Positions 35,501-47,029 of a DNA stretch of 64,000 nucleotides are shown piece after piece. The notes under the pieces are model-generated. The model was not told the DNA's origin, made no database searches, and saw nothing but the letters and a program-made list of their open reading frames with translations. Both the position numbers and the translations under genes were made by a program. Numbering within the stretch: position 1 is the stretch's first letter; every line of letters starts with the position of its first letter. Source of the stretch: Lepidodermella squamata (lineage: Eukaryota > Animalia > Gastrotricha); contig JBLDXI010000004.1 of assembly GCA_047495785.1 (NCBI GenBank), positions 434,001 to 498,000 on the forward strand, written 5' to 3'.

Positions 35501-38500
35501 TAGGAGTGGTAAAGGTACCATTTTGGCACTATGGTAGTCTTCACTTTGTATCAAGAACGCGGACAAGATTTACTAAAATGCCCACAATGGCAGTTTCGTT
35601 CATTGTTGCGGCCGCTGTTGGCCCTTGGTCTTGGCCTTGATCTTGCAACAGCATGAGTGCCTACAACATGCGCCACCTCACCACCGACAACTGGCCTCTT
35701 TGTCGAGTTGCGCTGCTGGACTGCCTAGGGATCGGGATAACTTTTCCCCGTTGGCGCTAAAACCTGATAGAGTGCCATCTAATATGGCTAAAATCCTTGC
35801 TTTTGAGTCATTTCACTCAACGGTGCACTTTCCAAACCGCAGAAAAACCTTGATCCGTCATTTTTCAACTGCGTCAATCGCGTTCTATTGTTGGCGCCGC
35901 CCACCGTCAAATGTTTAGCTTCATGTTCAAAGAGCAAAGTAGCTTGCGTGTGCCTTTAGAATGGGAAGCATAATCTGGGGGCAGCTGGTTGTATGTAAGT
36001 TGGGTAGGTTGCTTTTGGTTAGGACCACAGGGGAGACTCCCGTAGCCCGATACCTCCACATCAATCTCCTTGTAGTTCGATGTTGTGAACATGTAAAGCA
36101 CTGGGGCCCCGCCAAGGCAGGAGATGACGGTCACTCGTCACTTTTAAACCAAGACCAAGTCTCCCAATTTGCTGGTAGCCAGTTCGCTAACGCGTGGAGG
36201 CTTTCCTAGACGATCGTTTTACACTCGCCGAGAGTCCACTTTCAACGACAGCAGGGCGTACGCGACCCGACCCAACATTTGCCGTGAATTACGTTGCCCG
36301 CTACAGCCACGGGGAGACTGCCGTTGTCGCTTGAACAGTAGTAAGGTCTACCATCAAAAGACTCATTTGGGTAATTTAGTTAGGCTCGGTGGATGGAAGG
36401 TTTTAGAGAACTAAATCGTTCAGCCAAACCATGGCTGCAACTCGAAAGCGAGAAAAGTTGCCAGTGGTTATTAGTACGGCCGTGCATGCCGCTGCAAGAT
36501 CCAGCCCAAGGGCCAACCGAGGCCGCTACAATGAATCAGAGGGCCATTGTAGGCCACTACAGTGATACTTTTCCGACTAATGGTTTTACCACCAAAATGT
36601 CTTGGATACGATGCAAGTTAAAACGGGTGTGGATAACTATGATGGGGAACGCATCTTTACTAAGCAGCTAAACGGAAACAAGCAACTGAAATCGATCTAA
36701 AATCGGATGACTGCTTACCTCAACCATCTTGTTACCGCGGTCTGGGACCGAATGGATAGCAAATCGTGGTAGCACCCGCATATTTGCTATTTTATAAGAA
36801 GTATGCGCTTCCTTCAACTTGTTACAAGTGAAATAAGGGCTCTGCTGTATAGGGTCTCGGAACAGCCCAATTTTGAAACTCGATTTTGAGCTTAAAATGT
36901 GATTGCCCATCAGGGCGAAAAAGTCGTGGATAAGTTGACGTGGTTCTTGCTGTTTTCTTTTTTAAAACCTTCTTCTCAATCTCCTCTCCTTTTTGAATAC
37001 AAAAACTTATGGTGCAGCCATGGGTTTTTTCAAGATAAGTGCCATGAAAGATGAAAAATGCTCACTTTCTCTTCGATTCGAACTTGAATCGGAAGTGGAG
37101 GGAAAAGGCTTTTAAACTGTGGATAAAAACCGCATTTACTGGCAATTTCTTACTTCCTTAGTAAGATCTTGTTGTGCTCTACTAGAGAACGCGAAATAAC
37201 TGTGGTTGAAACCAATCTGTTTCTTGCAGCAATGCCCCAAAAGACGCCACGTCATGCAGTTTCGAGGTGTTGGGTCTGACGTAGTGAGTGCTAATCGGGA
37301 CAAAAAAGTCTTGGATAAGTTGGGGTGGTTCTTGCTGCTTTCCCTGTCAAAACCTTCCCCCCAGTGCCTTCTCCTATTTGACTACAAAAAGCTACGGTGC
37401 AACCATGGGTTTTTTCGAGATAAGAGCGACTGAAAACACACAATTTTCACTTTTTCCTCGTTTTGCAAGCCGGGAAGGAAAAGACTTCAAAGCCGTGGAT
37501 GACAACCATATTAACTGGCTATTTCTTACTTCGCTAATAGGCTCTCCATGTGCTCTGCTAGGGAATGTGAAAAAACTGTGGTTGAACCCATTTTGTTCCT
37601 CGCAGAAACGCCGCTAAAGGCGCCAGTGGGTGCATTTTTTCAAGGTTTTTGCACTTTCAGGTCGCTATCAGGTCGCCTAACGGCAGAATACCCACGGTTA
37701 CACATGCATTTTTATCAATTTCTGGATACGTTCGACTGTCCTCTACCAGGTAAGCAGAAGATTTCACGGTAACATCCACAAAAGCGCATTATATTTGTTG
37801 GTCATTTGACCAGTGCATTCATTATTTTTCACACAGAATGCGGGCTATAAGTATATCTTATAATATTATGCGCGCGTAGTACTGTTTATAGTGCGCAGTA
37901 CTCTGTATAGAGGTTTTTTCTCGCTGGTCGCCTTTAGCGCAAAATCATCGATATCTCACTTCGAAATAAGCAGATCGATTCTTGTCGCATTCGTTGAGGT
38001 TGTATTTCAAGCTCAACGTCGCATTCTGATCGCTGAACCGGAATAACTGTAATAAAATATTTGAATATATATATTTAGTCGACATTAAAGATTAAAGCGT
38101 ACACTCATTAGTCCCGGGTTTGTACATCCGATATTATCAGGTACGCAATACGTGGTTAGAGCTTTGTATTTGTAGCACATTCGGGCATTCTGAAATTGAC
38201 AAATCACTTCGGTATCAAGTATACTTTCGGTAGAGAAATTAACACACCCCTGTATAGCAGACGCCGTCCTTCTTGAAAATTGAACCCAGCTATCCACAGA
38301 GAAAATTAAATTAAATTAATTAAACCTGATATTCGAACCTGATATTCGGTGAGTACATCACAGCCATTGGCAGCTAGTAAGCAGCTTGTGAATCGGTTGT
38401 TGAATTGCGAGAAGCAACGAACCCAGTTGTCCGGCTTATTGCCTCTAGCGACGTCACTCGACGCCAGCATCAGCAGCAACAGTAAAGATTTGTGATAAGG

Positions 38501-38506
38501 AATCAT
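32573..38506 (-). CDS. Cys-module + C-type lectin secreted protein, copy B (6 modules + 1 CTLD); one intron holds a 3.9-kb insertion
   Basis: Signal peptide MIPYHKSLLLLLMLASSDVARG; six 4-Cys modules reconstructed across short introns; CTLD AWIGLTRQNGVFKWDDGS..ALCETFSS*. Confidence 0.85.
34012..37950. mobile_element. Foldback-like non-autonomous DNA transposon (giant imperfect palindrome)
   Basis: Ends CGATG(G/A)TTTT(A/G)CGCTA in inverted orientation, flanked by ATAT (or TA); arms 34105-35090 / 36915-37903; the paralogous intron at 45615-45656 lacks it. Confidence 0.88.
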
Positions 38507-39427
38507 TTTTTGAGCAACGGATTACTAAATCCTTTTTCAAATGTTTTGAAAATTCGATTGAATAACAACTTTTTTACGTTTTTTGTATGGCCCTTCACCA
38601 CGCGTTCAACTGGCTGATTTCCGCTCCTTTTAAAAGTGTTTGAAAACATGTTTTTCAAGCGTGTTGTTTTTCTGTAACCCAAGTCCTGTTACAATGCTCG
38701 AAATCATGTGATGATCATAATAGTAAGGGCCAATTCAAAAAAAAAAATACAAAGTATTTTTATAATGATGGCTTAATGAAGACGACGAATGAAGAGAATG
38801 CCGCCCTAATTTTTAGTTTATAGAATGATAGTTTTTATGTCCCGATATACCTATGGCATGAAAATCGAGCTAAAAGTATTATGGTTCGTATAAACGTACA
38901 CCAGACTCCATCCCAGAACTGGGCAAAATTACTGTTGAATATCAAGAAAAAGTGTTATAAATTATAAATGTTATAATATTTCTAGGAAATTCACTTTTCA
39001 CTGCTATTTTAACAAAAATAATATCACTTTCCATCTGGAAATGTCAAAGATAAAAAATAGAGTGAGGCTATTCATACGTAAATATGAACGCGATTTTGGC
39101 TATTCGTACATATTATGGTAAAAAACATAGATAAAAACATATGATTAAATAGGCTTAACAAACATAAATCAGCGAGATAAGAGAGATGAAATAAATAAAT
39201 TTCCATAAAAAAATGAGTGTAATTTTTGAAAAGCAATATATGAATGGAGATACAAACGTGTCCACTACTAAGCGAGAAAATACAAATAAAATAAATAAAA
39301 TAAATAATGTTCAGGTTGTTAAATGAAGTATGTTAGCATTGAACCAGTTTACACTGCTCGTCACCGTCACATCACCTTAATGAAATTCCTTTCGAAAACG
39401 CTGATGCCCTTAAGACCCACTACAACT

Positions 39428-39721
39428 TTAGGTGAAAGAGCCTGGGTCGCAGTCGATAACAAGACCTGGAATCATAGTCGGACCGGGATTCATCTCAATA
39501 TTGCCCGACTGAAGCAATACATAAAATATTATCAGTCTCCCTCGCTTGTCCGAACCCTTGTTGACGGCAATTTTGCACTTGACGTGGCACGTCACGGTTA
39601 GCCACGCTGGCGTTAGTATGTACGGCGAATGTATGGTGAAATGTGAAATGTATGGCAAAAATTTCGACAATTTCTTTCTCCAAAACATCAATGTCGATTT
39701 TTGGCAGGAAAAATAGGACAA
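39428..39721 (-). pseudogene. Degenerate ORF fragment with 2A/StopGo-like motif, probable transposon relic
   Basis: LLQSGNIEMNPGP at 39479-39517; stop shortly after. Confidence 0.5.
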
Positions 39722-39933
39722 ATTCGTAATTTTCCGAATGATATTATGGCAAAATTAAAGCGCGCGGTTACGAAAACCGAAATTTTGATATTTTTCATAA
39801 TAAAATAAGCAGCTAGTGAAAATGCCACATCTTTAGTCGCCTGATTATGGAAGGATAACTTCGACTCAGTAAATAATTGTTCTAGAAGCTTCTAGCAACC
39901 GAAAATGTTTCGGGGGATCGCAGATCCCGGCTT

Positions 39934-40306
39934 CAGTGACTTTGATTTGATTTAATTTGATTTATTCAGTAAATCGCAGGTCTTTGTAAATCATTGAAAT
40001 CAAATCATCATGCCCGCTTAAATCAAATCAAATAAAATCTGTTGCATTGGGAAACATGAGTACCTGGGAATTCTTTCAAATTTCTAGCTTGGTTTGGGCA
40101 GGTTTTTGAGGAATGAGTATGAAACGGGATGAATAGCTCCGGCTTTGGAAAAATAGTTGTTTTCAAGGCAAATGTGAGTTCTCATGTTTTGTAACAGGGG
40201 GAATTCCAAGAGTTCTGATTTTTAGAAATCAGCAGTAAATCAAGTGGGCTCAATTTAAATCAAATCAAATCATCAAAAAATGGCCTAAATCAAATCAAAG
40301 TCTCTG
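39934..40306. mobile_element. hAT-type MITE with GATTT arrays
   Basis: TIR CAG(T/A)GACTTTGATTTGATTTA; TSD CCCGGCTT / CCCGGATT (7/8). Confidence 0.8.
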
Positions 40307-40525
40307 CCCGGATTGTCCCTTGGCAATTCGAAAGTCATTTTTCAGGCTGTGGTTTCTTTTTTGTCGAAGTTCAAGACATGCCCATCAACTCATGAACATG
40401 AATTTCATCAACTAATCACTAATCAGAGCTTTATCGCGGATCTAATAACTGATAACTGATCGTAGGAAGTGAATTCTTTAATTATTTACTCATCCCGATA
40501 CTTATATATTTTCCCGGCAGCAGTC

Positions 40526-40680
40526 CAGGGATTCGACTAGGTCCAGCTCTGAGGGGGATAAATCGAGCATTTTGAGCCCAAAATTTGCAAATCAATAGGG
40601 GGACCCATACGTTTTTTTGAGGAATTTTTTAGCGCCAGGGGGTTTGTTTACCCCCCTTACCCTCCGTACTCGGACCACTG
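40526..40680. mobile_element. hAT-type MITE (155 bp)
   Basis: CAG..CTG ends with imperfect TIR; 8-bp TSD CAGCAGTC at 40518-40525 and 40681-40688. Confidence 0.75.
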
Positions 40681-40809
40681 CAGCAGTCATAATAGCATCA
40701 TTCAACTTCAAAAATATGGGCTGAAATGATACAAGCACAGAGTAAAATATTGATTTCTCGTAGATGACGCTAACTCTTTGGTGCTTTGGTACAATCAGTA
40801 AGTTCATGT

Positions 40810-41359
40810 GCAACCGAAATCATGTATCTCTAGGAATTAAACTGAAAATACTTAGTTGAGTAATAATTCCGACACTAATGTACGCTAGCGAATCCTGGAA
40901 TTTGACCGAAGAACATGAAAGAAACCTTAACACACTCGAATATAAGTGGCTTAGATGCATCTTAGGAATAACTGTTACGGACTATATTCCGAATATAGAC
41001 ATAAGACTCTCAATGTGCGGCGGCGTGATAGAAGTGAGTAGATTAATAGAAAAACAACGTCTCAATTATCTTGGCCACATAATAAGGATGCAAACCTACT
41101 TAGACATAAATGGAAAGCCTCTCGAACCCGGCCCAGTGTACGACATATATAAATGGCAGACTCCAGAAGGTTGGGTCAGGCCAGTAGGAAAACCTCAAAT
41201 TTATTGGTTAAAATGCGTAGAAAGAAGCCTAATTAAAGTAGGCCTCACATCAAAAACAACTATTAGGAAAAAAACCGACGGCTCTCGAGGACGACCCAAG
41301 AAAGATGGGTCAAACTCGATTGAAATAATAGTAGACGTGGACTGGCACGCCACGGACCC
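40810..41359 (+). mobile_element. RTE-type LINE fragment (region C-terminal to RT)
   Basis: IPTLMYASESWNL..LRCILGI..RLNYLGHIIRM..RPVGKPQIYW, the typical post-RT region of RTE-like elements. Confidence 0.8.
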
Positions 41360-41630
41360 TAGTGAAAATCGGTTGCACAAAACTGACGAAAAATGCAGAT
41401 TGCACCAAAATGCTGCTTAATTTGGCACCTCCACTCTGAGGTATTTAGCAAAAACTTTCAAAATTCACCATTTTTCAGGCAAAAATTTTTGTAGAAAAGC
41501 GCAATGAGCAACTTTTAAATGGTGAATTTTGAAAGTTTTTGCTAAATACCTCAGAGTGGAGGTGCCAAATTAAGCAGCATTTTGGTGCAATCTGCATTTT
41601 TCGTCAGTTTTGTGCAACCGATTTTCACTA
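41360..41630. mobile_element. Young palindromic MITE with ~113-bp perfect arms
   Basis: tagtgaaaatcggttgcac...aattcaccattt is matched by its reverse complement at 41517-41630; TA at both ends. Confidence 0.88.
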
Positions 41631-42222
41631 TAGGGGAATTAGCGGCATTAAATATAGAGATGAACGGCAAACAACGGTTTCAGAACTGGAAAATTACGAA
41701 TTTTATGGTAAAAGCAAATTGCTAACTGCGGGGGTGGGCGTTTTTTCTTGAATTTTGCCTTCCTTTTAAACGTTTAAACACATGTTTAAACAGGTATATA
41801 TATATATATATATACAGATAATGTAAAAATGGGTATTTTGCTCCAAGCTACATCTCGTCAACCGTATCTCTAGTACTAGTACGGAAGCAAAAACTGATTT
41901 CGCGATATCTTCGTTATTATGATATATAGAGGCTTGAAACTTTGTTTTCTAGGGTAACTTTTGCCGCTGAACAAGCTGGTGACATCAGCTTCATAGCATT
42001 CCACGCCCATTATCGATTATCGATTATCGGTTATTGGTGATCAATCAACTGACTGATTGACATTAGCTCAGCTATTTTCGATTGTTTCTTGAGAGCTTAT
42101 AGCTTATATCTACTATCGGCTACATCAACAGCATATGTTAGGGAACCCTGATCTATATTTTCATTCTCCGATATGCTATTTATGCTAAATCGTGGTATAA
42201 ACACTGTTCGACCTGTTTAAAC

Positions 42223-43201
42223 CAGACTTGGGAAAACTCCTGAGTAGGACGATTCAAAATTCTTCGATTCTGATTCCGATTTTTAAAAGTAGATTCTTGA
42301 CTCCTGAGTCTGAAAATAGATTCCGATTCTAACCCATTCAATTCTGATTCCCGATTCTGAAAAAATTCTCGGTTTTATCGTAACGTGCGCCTGAATATTA
42401 AAAATTAAAAACCAAACCACACCTTTGACACGCGTTTACATACAATTCGGTCAATGCTCTTTTCTGCTGGGTTACATGAGTGGACTTCTACCATGTTTCT
42501 CGTACTCACCTTAGCGGCGCACAGCTTAGCGGGCTTGCCCTGCGATGAAAATAGGTAGTAAAACGGCCTGGCATTAGTGCGCGCGCATTCGCACAAGACG
42601 TACGTGATCACCTGTACTCGCCAATAATTGTACACGCAACGCTATTGGATACGCAATCACACCGCGCGCGTCTGTTCTTGGAGCTGTAATGCGATTGGTT
42701 GACAATCATGTAAACACAGCGTGTCATAATTATAACTGAAACGCTATTGGCTGGTCAGTAAATGTTTACAAGTTAACCTGGGCAAATTGCCCGCTTATAT
42801 TTTTACTCGGCACGCTATTGGTCTACGCTAACTTGACGCGCGCGCGATCGGAAATTTTATTGGCGGAAAGTTTCTCTCGCGGCAATACGCAAAGTCACGT
42901 GATGCTATGTTTAACGTGGCGGTTGATTGGAGGCGAAGACAGCGCGCGTTAATGCCAATCACGTGAGCTAATGTTTAACGTAACGCTATTGGTTGACAAA
43001 TTGATAGGCAAAGGTGGAGGCAGCGCGCGTTAATGCCGGTTTTAGGAATCGCGATTCTCTGCGTCTTCCCGATTCTCGACGGTGCCGATTCTGATTCCGA
43101 CTCTCAAAAAACGATTCGCGAAATGTTCGATTCAAAATTCCCTAAAGAATCGGAGTCAGAACCGAGAATCTCGATTCTTTAGAGTCGAATCCCCAAGTCT
43201 G
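42223..43201. mobile_element. hAT-type non-autonomous element with GATTC subterminal arrays
   Basis: TIR CAGACTTGGG / CCCAAGTCTG; 8-bp TSD GTTTAAAC at 42215-42222 and 43202-43209; sits inside another GTTTAAAC-rich repeat (~41765-43250). Confidence 0.82.
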
Positions 43202-43255
43202 GTTTAAACCCTGTTTTTTCAAAATTTTCGGACCTGTTTAAACAGCCCCAACCCT

Positions 43256-43392
43256 GCTATCAGCACAGGAGGCGGGCTTCGATGAAAGCAAGCTCGACAG
43301 TTTCGCATTTAAACAATTCGCTAAAGGGCTCTTTAGTTTCAGATATTTCTTCGCATAGCTCATCATTGAATGAAATCATTGAGGTGGACTGA
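43256..43392 (+). pseudogene. C2H2 zinc-finger gene copy 3, 3' remnant only
   Basis: YQHRRRASMKASSTVSHLNNSLKGSLVSDISSHSSSLNEIIEVD*; the 3' flank also matches 31521-31720. Confidence 0.8.
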
Positions 43393-44280
43393 ATACGTAT
43401 CAAAATTCGTGTTTGTTTTGTTTTGAGATTATACAGGTTCATGAAATTGGAATAATAAATCCGCTATTACTGACACTGATTATATTGCATTTCGTTTGTA
43501 ACCATTAAGCGATAGGCAGTTCGGCAGAAGGAAGTGCCTGGCGCCTCACCACGGATGTAGTAAACATTTCTAAGTTTTCAGCGCAAACTATGAATGCAGT
43601 GCTTTATCATTTATCAAACACAATCCTGTAAAGTGAAACCGATTTATTGGTGGTCTGTGTTACGAATATTTACTGCGACATTGCCCTATAGACACAGGGG
43701 TATATAATAGATTGATGCAGTGTGGCCAAAAAACCTCATGAAATTGACAGACCAGTGAGCTGAATATTGATTTTCCTCTCCGGTATGGCCGAGATGGGTG
43801 AGGATTTCCAAGGACTGAATCTATGGGGATCGATCATTTGTAGGCCCTAATTTTACCTCTACGTAAGGTCGAACTCCTACAATCTATATCCCATTGTCAT
43901 ATTTAGATCTGGCCAGTGTCTACTTTTCACGACTGGGGAACAGGCAGGAAAACCCCAAATAAACACTCGGAGCCGAAAACACCCAAAAGTATCCCCAAGC
44001 TCGATAATCCCACTTCGCACACTGCCCGTCCTACCTAAAATAATTAAATACTGGTACAATGATGCTCCGATTATTGGGTGCATAATAACTGCCGTTCAGC
44101 CGATCATTAGTTATTGATCGTTTCGAGAATGGCCCCTTTCAAATGCAACGCGACAAAATCGTCACTCCGAGCAAACTCATGAGACACTATTAGGTGTTCA
44201 ATAACGAGTTTAATTTACTTCAAAAATTTCTCATCCAGTGCTCATCATTTCCAAAACCGCGATACGTTACATGACTAGTC

Positions 44281-46214
44281 TCATGAAGAAAATGTCTCGC
44301 ATAAGGCAAAGTCTCCCCTGCTGGAACACGTTGTCAGGGCGTAGTAGAAATCTGCAGCTGGAAATCCGTCCGTTAGATCACGTTTTGTCAAAAAGCCACA
44401 ACCATCGCCATTGGCCATAGCCCACTGAGCTTGAACGTACGTGAAATCTGAGCCGTCGTCCCATTTGAACACGCCGTTCTGGCGGCTGAGGCCGATCCAC
44501 GCAGCGGAAATGCCCGCTGCCGACACCGCTTGCCTAGCAGCAGCCAACTCAGCGTCCGACCTTATCGAAGCCAGCGCAGCATTGTTGACCTCGGCGCATT
44601 TCGACGGGGCGACGCTTTGTATATTATCGTTCATGTCCACTAAAAAGTACCGCTTGGTCGCATTCTGACAGCTCGTTTGGTCAACATAATCAATAGAAGC
44701 CGGAATGCGAAGTTCAGTAGCCGCGTTGCAACCAGCTGTATTTGCCACGCAACGAACAGCCGCGTCACTCTTGCCGACGCAACGGAAATAGACGGACTGA
44801 GACAAATTTACAGGGATTTTCAAAAATTGGGAAGAACCAGAGCAGTAAACTTACGGGAGGCGATATATCCTGGATGCATTTGTCGTGATTGAGTTGGAAG
44901 GTCTGCAATCCAGAGAACAGTTTTGCCTGCCGTAGCAAAGAAGCTGATGATACAAGCCGAAAATGGGTAACACATTGTGAATCACCTGAGTTTGATCTTG
45001 AGGACAAATTGCGTAGCAAGACGTTCGGTTGGATGTATCCTTGCACGAGACGGCATTCTATTACGAAACAGCGAATGATTAAGCTTCGAATACTCATGGC
45101 TTCACTTACACCAAGCAGGCAAGCGTCCCTGTTGATGTAAACTTGGGTCGAATATTTCTGGGTTTCATTGTTGGCGAAGCAGCCAGGGCTTTGCGGCCGG
45201 CAATCTTTGAATTTCCCAGTCGTTGAATCGAAGCAACGGATGTGCGACTTCTCGCTAACTGGAACACTGACTATAAACATAAAGGAATATCAATCGAGTT
45301 AGTATCAGTCTTTCCCAGACTCACCTGCGCCGTTGATGCACAACGTTAAATTAGAGTACAGCGTCGAGTTGGTGACCTGAAAAAAGTTGAGTTCTCAATT
45401 CTAAGTTTCATAATAAACGTTTTGAGTGATTTGAAAAAATTTCGAATTTAAAAAATCCTGAGAATTTCAGGAATGTAACAACGATTTTTTCAAAATAACA
45501 GAATAATAGCAAAACATCATACCCAATTTTCGGGGCAAGAGAACGCGTCTGGAACACAGGTTTGGATGGCATTGTTAGAAACGCATCGCCTGAATGGTAA
45601 TTTCTAGGGAAATCGCAAAGCATGAACTATCGCAGCAGTCAGTACAATGTCTCACTTCAAAAGCAGCTCGCTTCTTCTCGCATTCGTTGATGTTGTATTT
45701 GAAGCTCAACGTCGCAGTCTGATCGCTGAACCGGAATAACTGTAATTGAAAATATGTTTCTTACATAATTGACAGAAATAAGAAAGTTGAAGCGTACACT
45801 CATTAGCCCCGGGTTATTACAGCCGATATTATCAGGTACGCAATACGGGGTTAGAGCTTTGTATTTGTAGCACATCCGAGCATTCTAAAATTGAAAAATC
45901 AAATATGTTTTAAGCATTCTTTTCGGAGAGAAATTGACCAACCCCTGTATAACAGACGCCGTCCTTTTTGAAAATTGAACCCAGCTATCCGCAGAGAAAA
46001 TTGAATTTTGAGGCTATTTCTAGCGAATTGAATCAATTCAAACCTGATATTCGGTGAGTACATCAGAGCCATTGGCAGCTAGTAAGCAGCTGGTAAATCG
46101 GTTGCTGAATTGCGAGAAGCACCGAACCCAGTTGTCCGGCTTCTGGCCCCAAGCCATGTCGACCAACGCCAGCAGCATCAGCAGTAACGCCAAAGCTTTG
46201 ATATGAGCAATCAT
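44281..46214 (-). CDS. Cys-module + C-type lectin secreted protein, copy C (6 modules + 1 CTLD)
   Basis: Signal peptide MIAHIKALALLLMLLALVDMAWG; close paralog of copy B with the same exons; third Cys of module 1 is Ser (ANGSD). Confidence 0.85.
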
Positions 46215-47029
46215 CTTAAAACTAGTAAACACTAGTAAAAAATTATTCAAAAATTACGTTTTATATAGTTTTTTTTCTATAAAATAAAGCGAATGAAATG
46301 GCGATTTCTGATTTTTGAGCACGCGCGTGCCCTCCTGCGTTGACGAGATGAGCTTGCGTTACTTTTATTCTGGTTAGCGTATTGGTTAGCGTAAACATCA
46401 TGTGATGTTTTTTTGGCAAAAAGCACTAGATAGACAAGAATGTTGACAAATTATAATAAGAGTGTTGACAATTAGTCTCATGATTTGCCAACAAAATAAG
46501 TGCTTTGGATTTGATTTGATTTGATTTAGCATTTAGCCCCTATTTTCAATGATTTAGATTTAAAATGATTGATCTACGCCGGGAAGAATTTTGATTCGAT
46601 TGATTTTGATTTAACCATGGTGATGCAATCGAAAAACTTGATACCGCGAAACCAAGATCTCTCGTCTTATTTAACGAAAGTTTGCTATGGAGAGGGACAA
46701 TTACTTCAAATTCGCGTTATTTTATTTATTTCTTGAATTTTGAATCCCCACAAAATGGAATAATTAGAGTTGACATCAAGCGGCACCAACAGGTTTTCAA
46801 ATTAAATGTAATTCAGTAGGTATTCGTTGAAGTTCACTGTTCACATTTTTTATTTCGGCCATCGTTTACTCAAGACGGATTCAAATTCGATTACATTAAA
46901 TATCCAGGATCTAGACTCGCAGAACTTCTCCTGGCACTGCACCTCTCAATCAAAGAGATCGGAAAGTTAGTTCCATTCGCACAACACTTCATTAGGAGGA
47001 TTATGCGGCTGGCAAGATATGTTCCAATC

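Noticed and set aside
34020-37772. Many short ORFs inside the foldback element
   Set aside because: They are mirrored translations of the repeat arms with no transposase or other motif.
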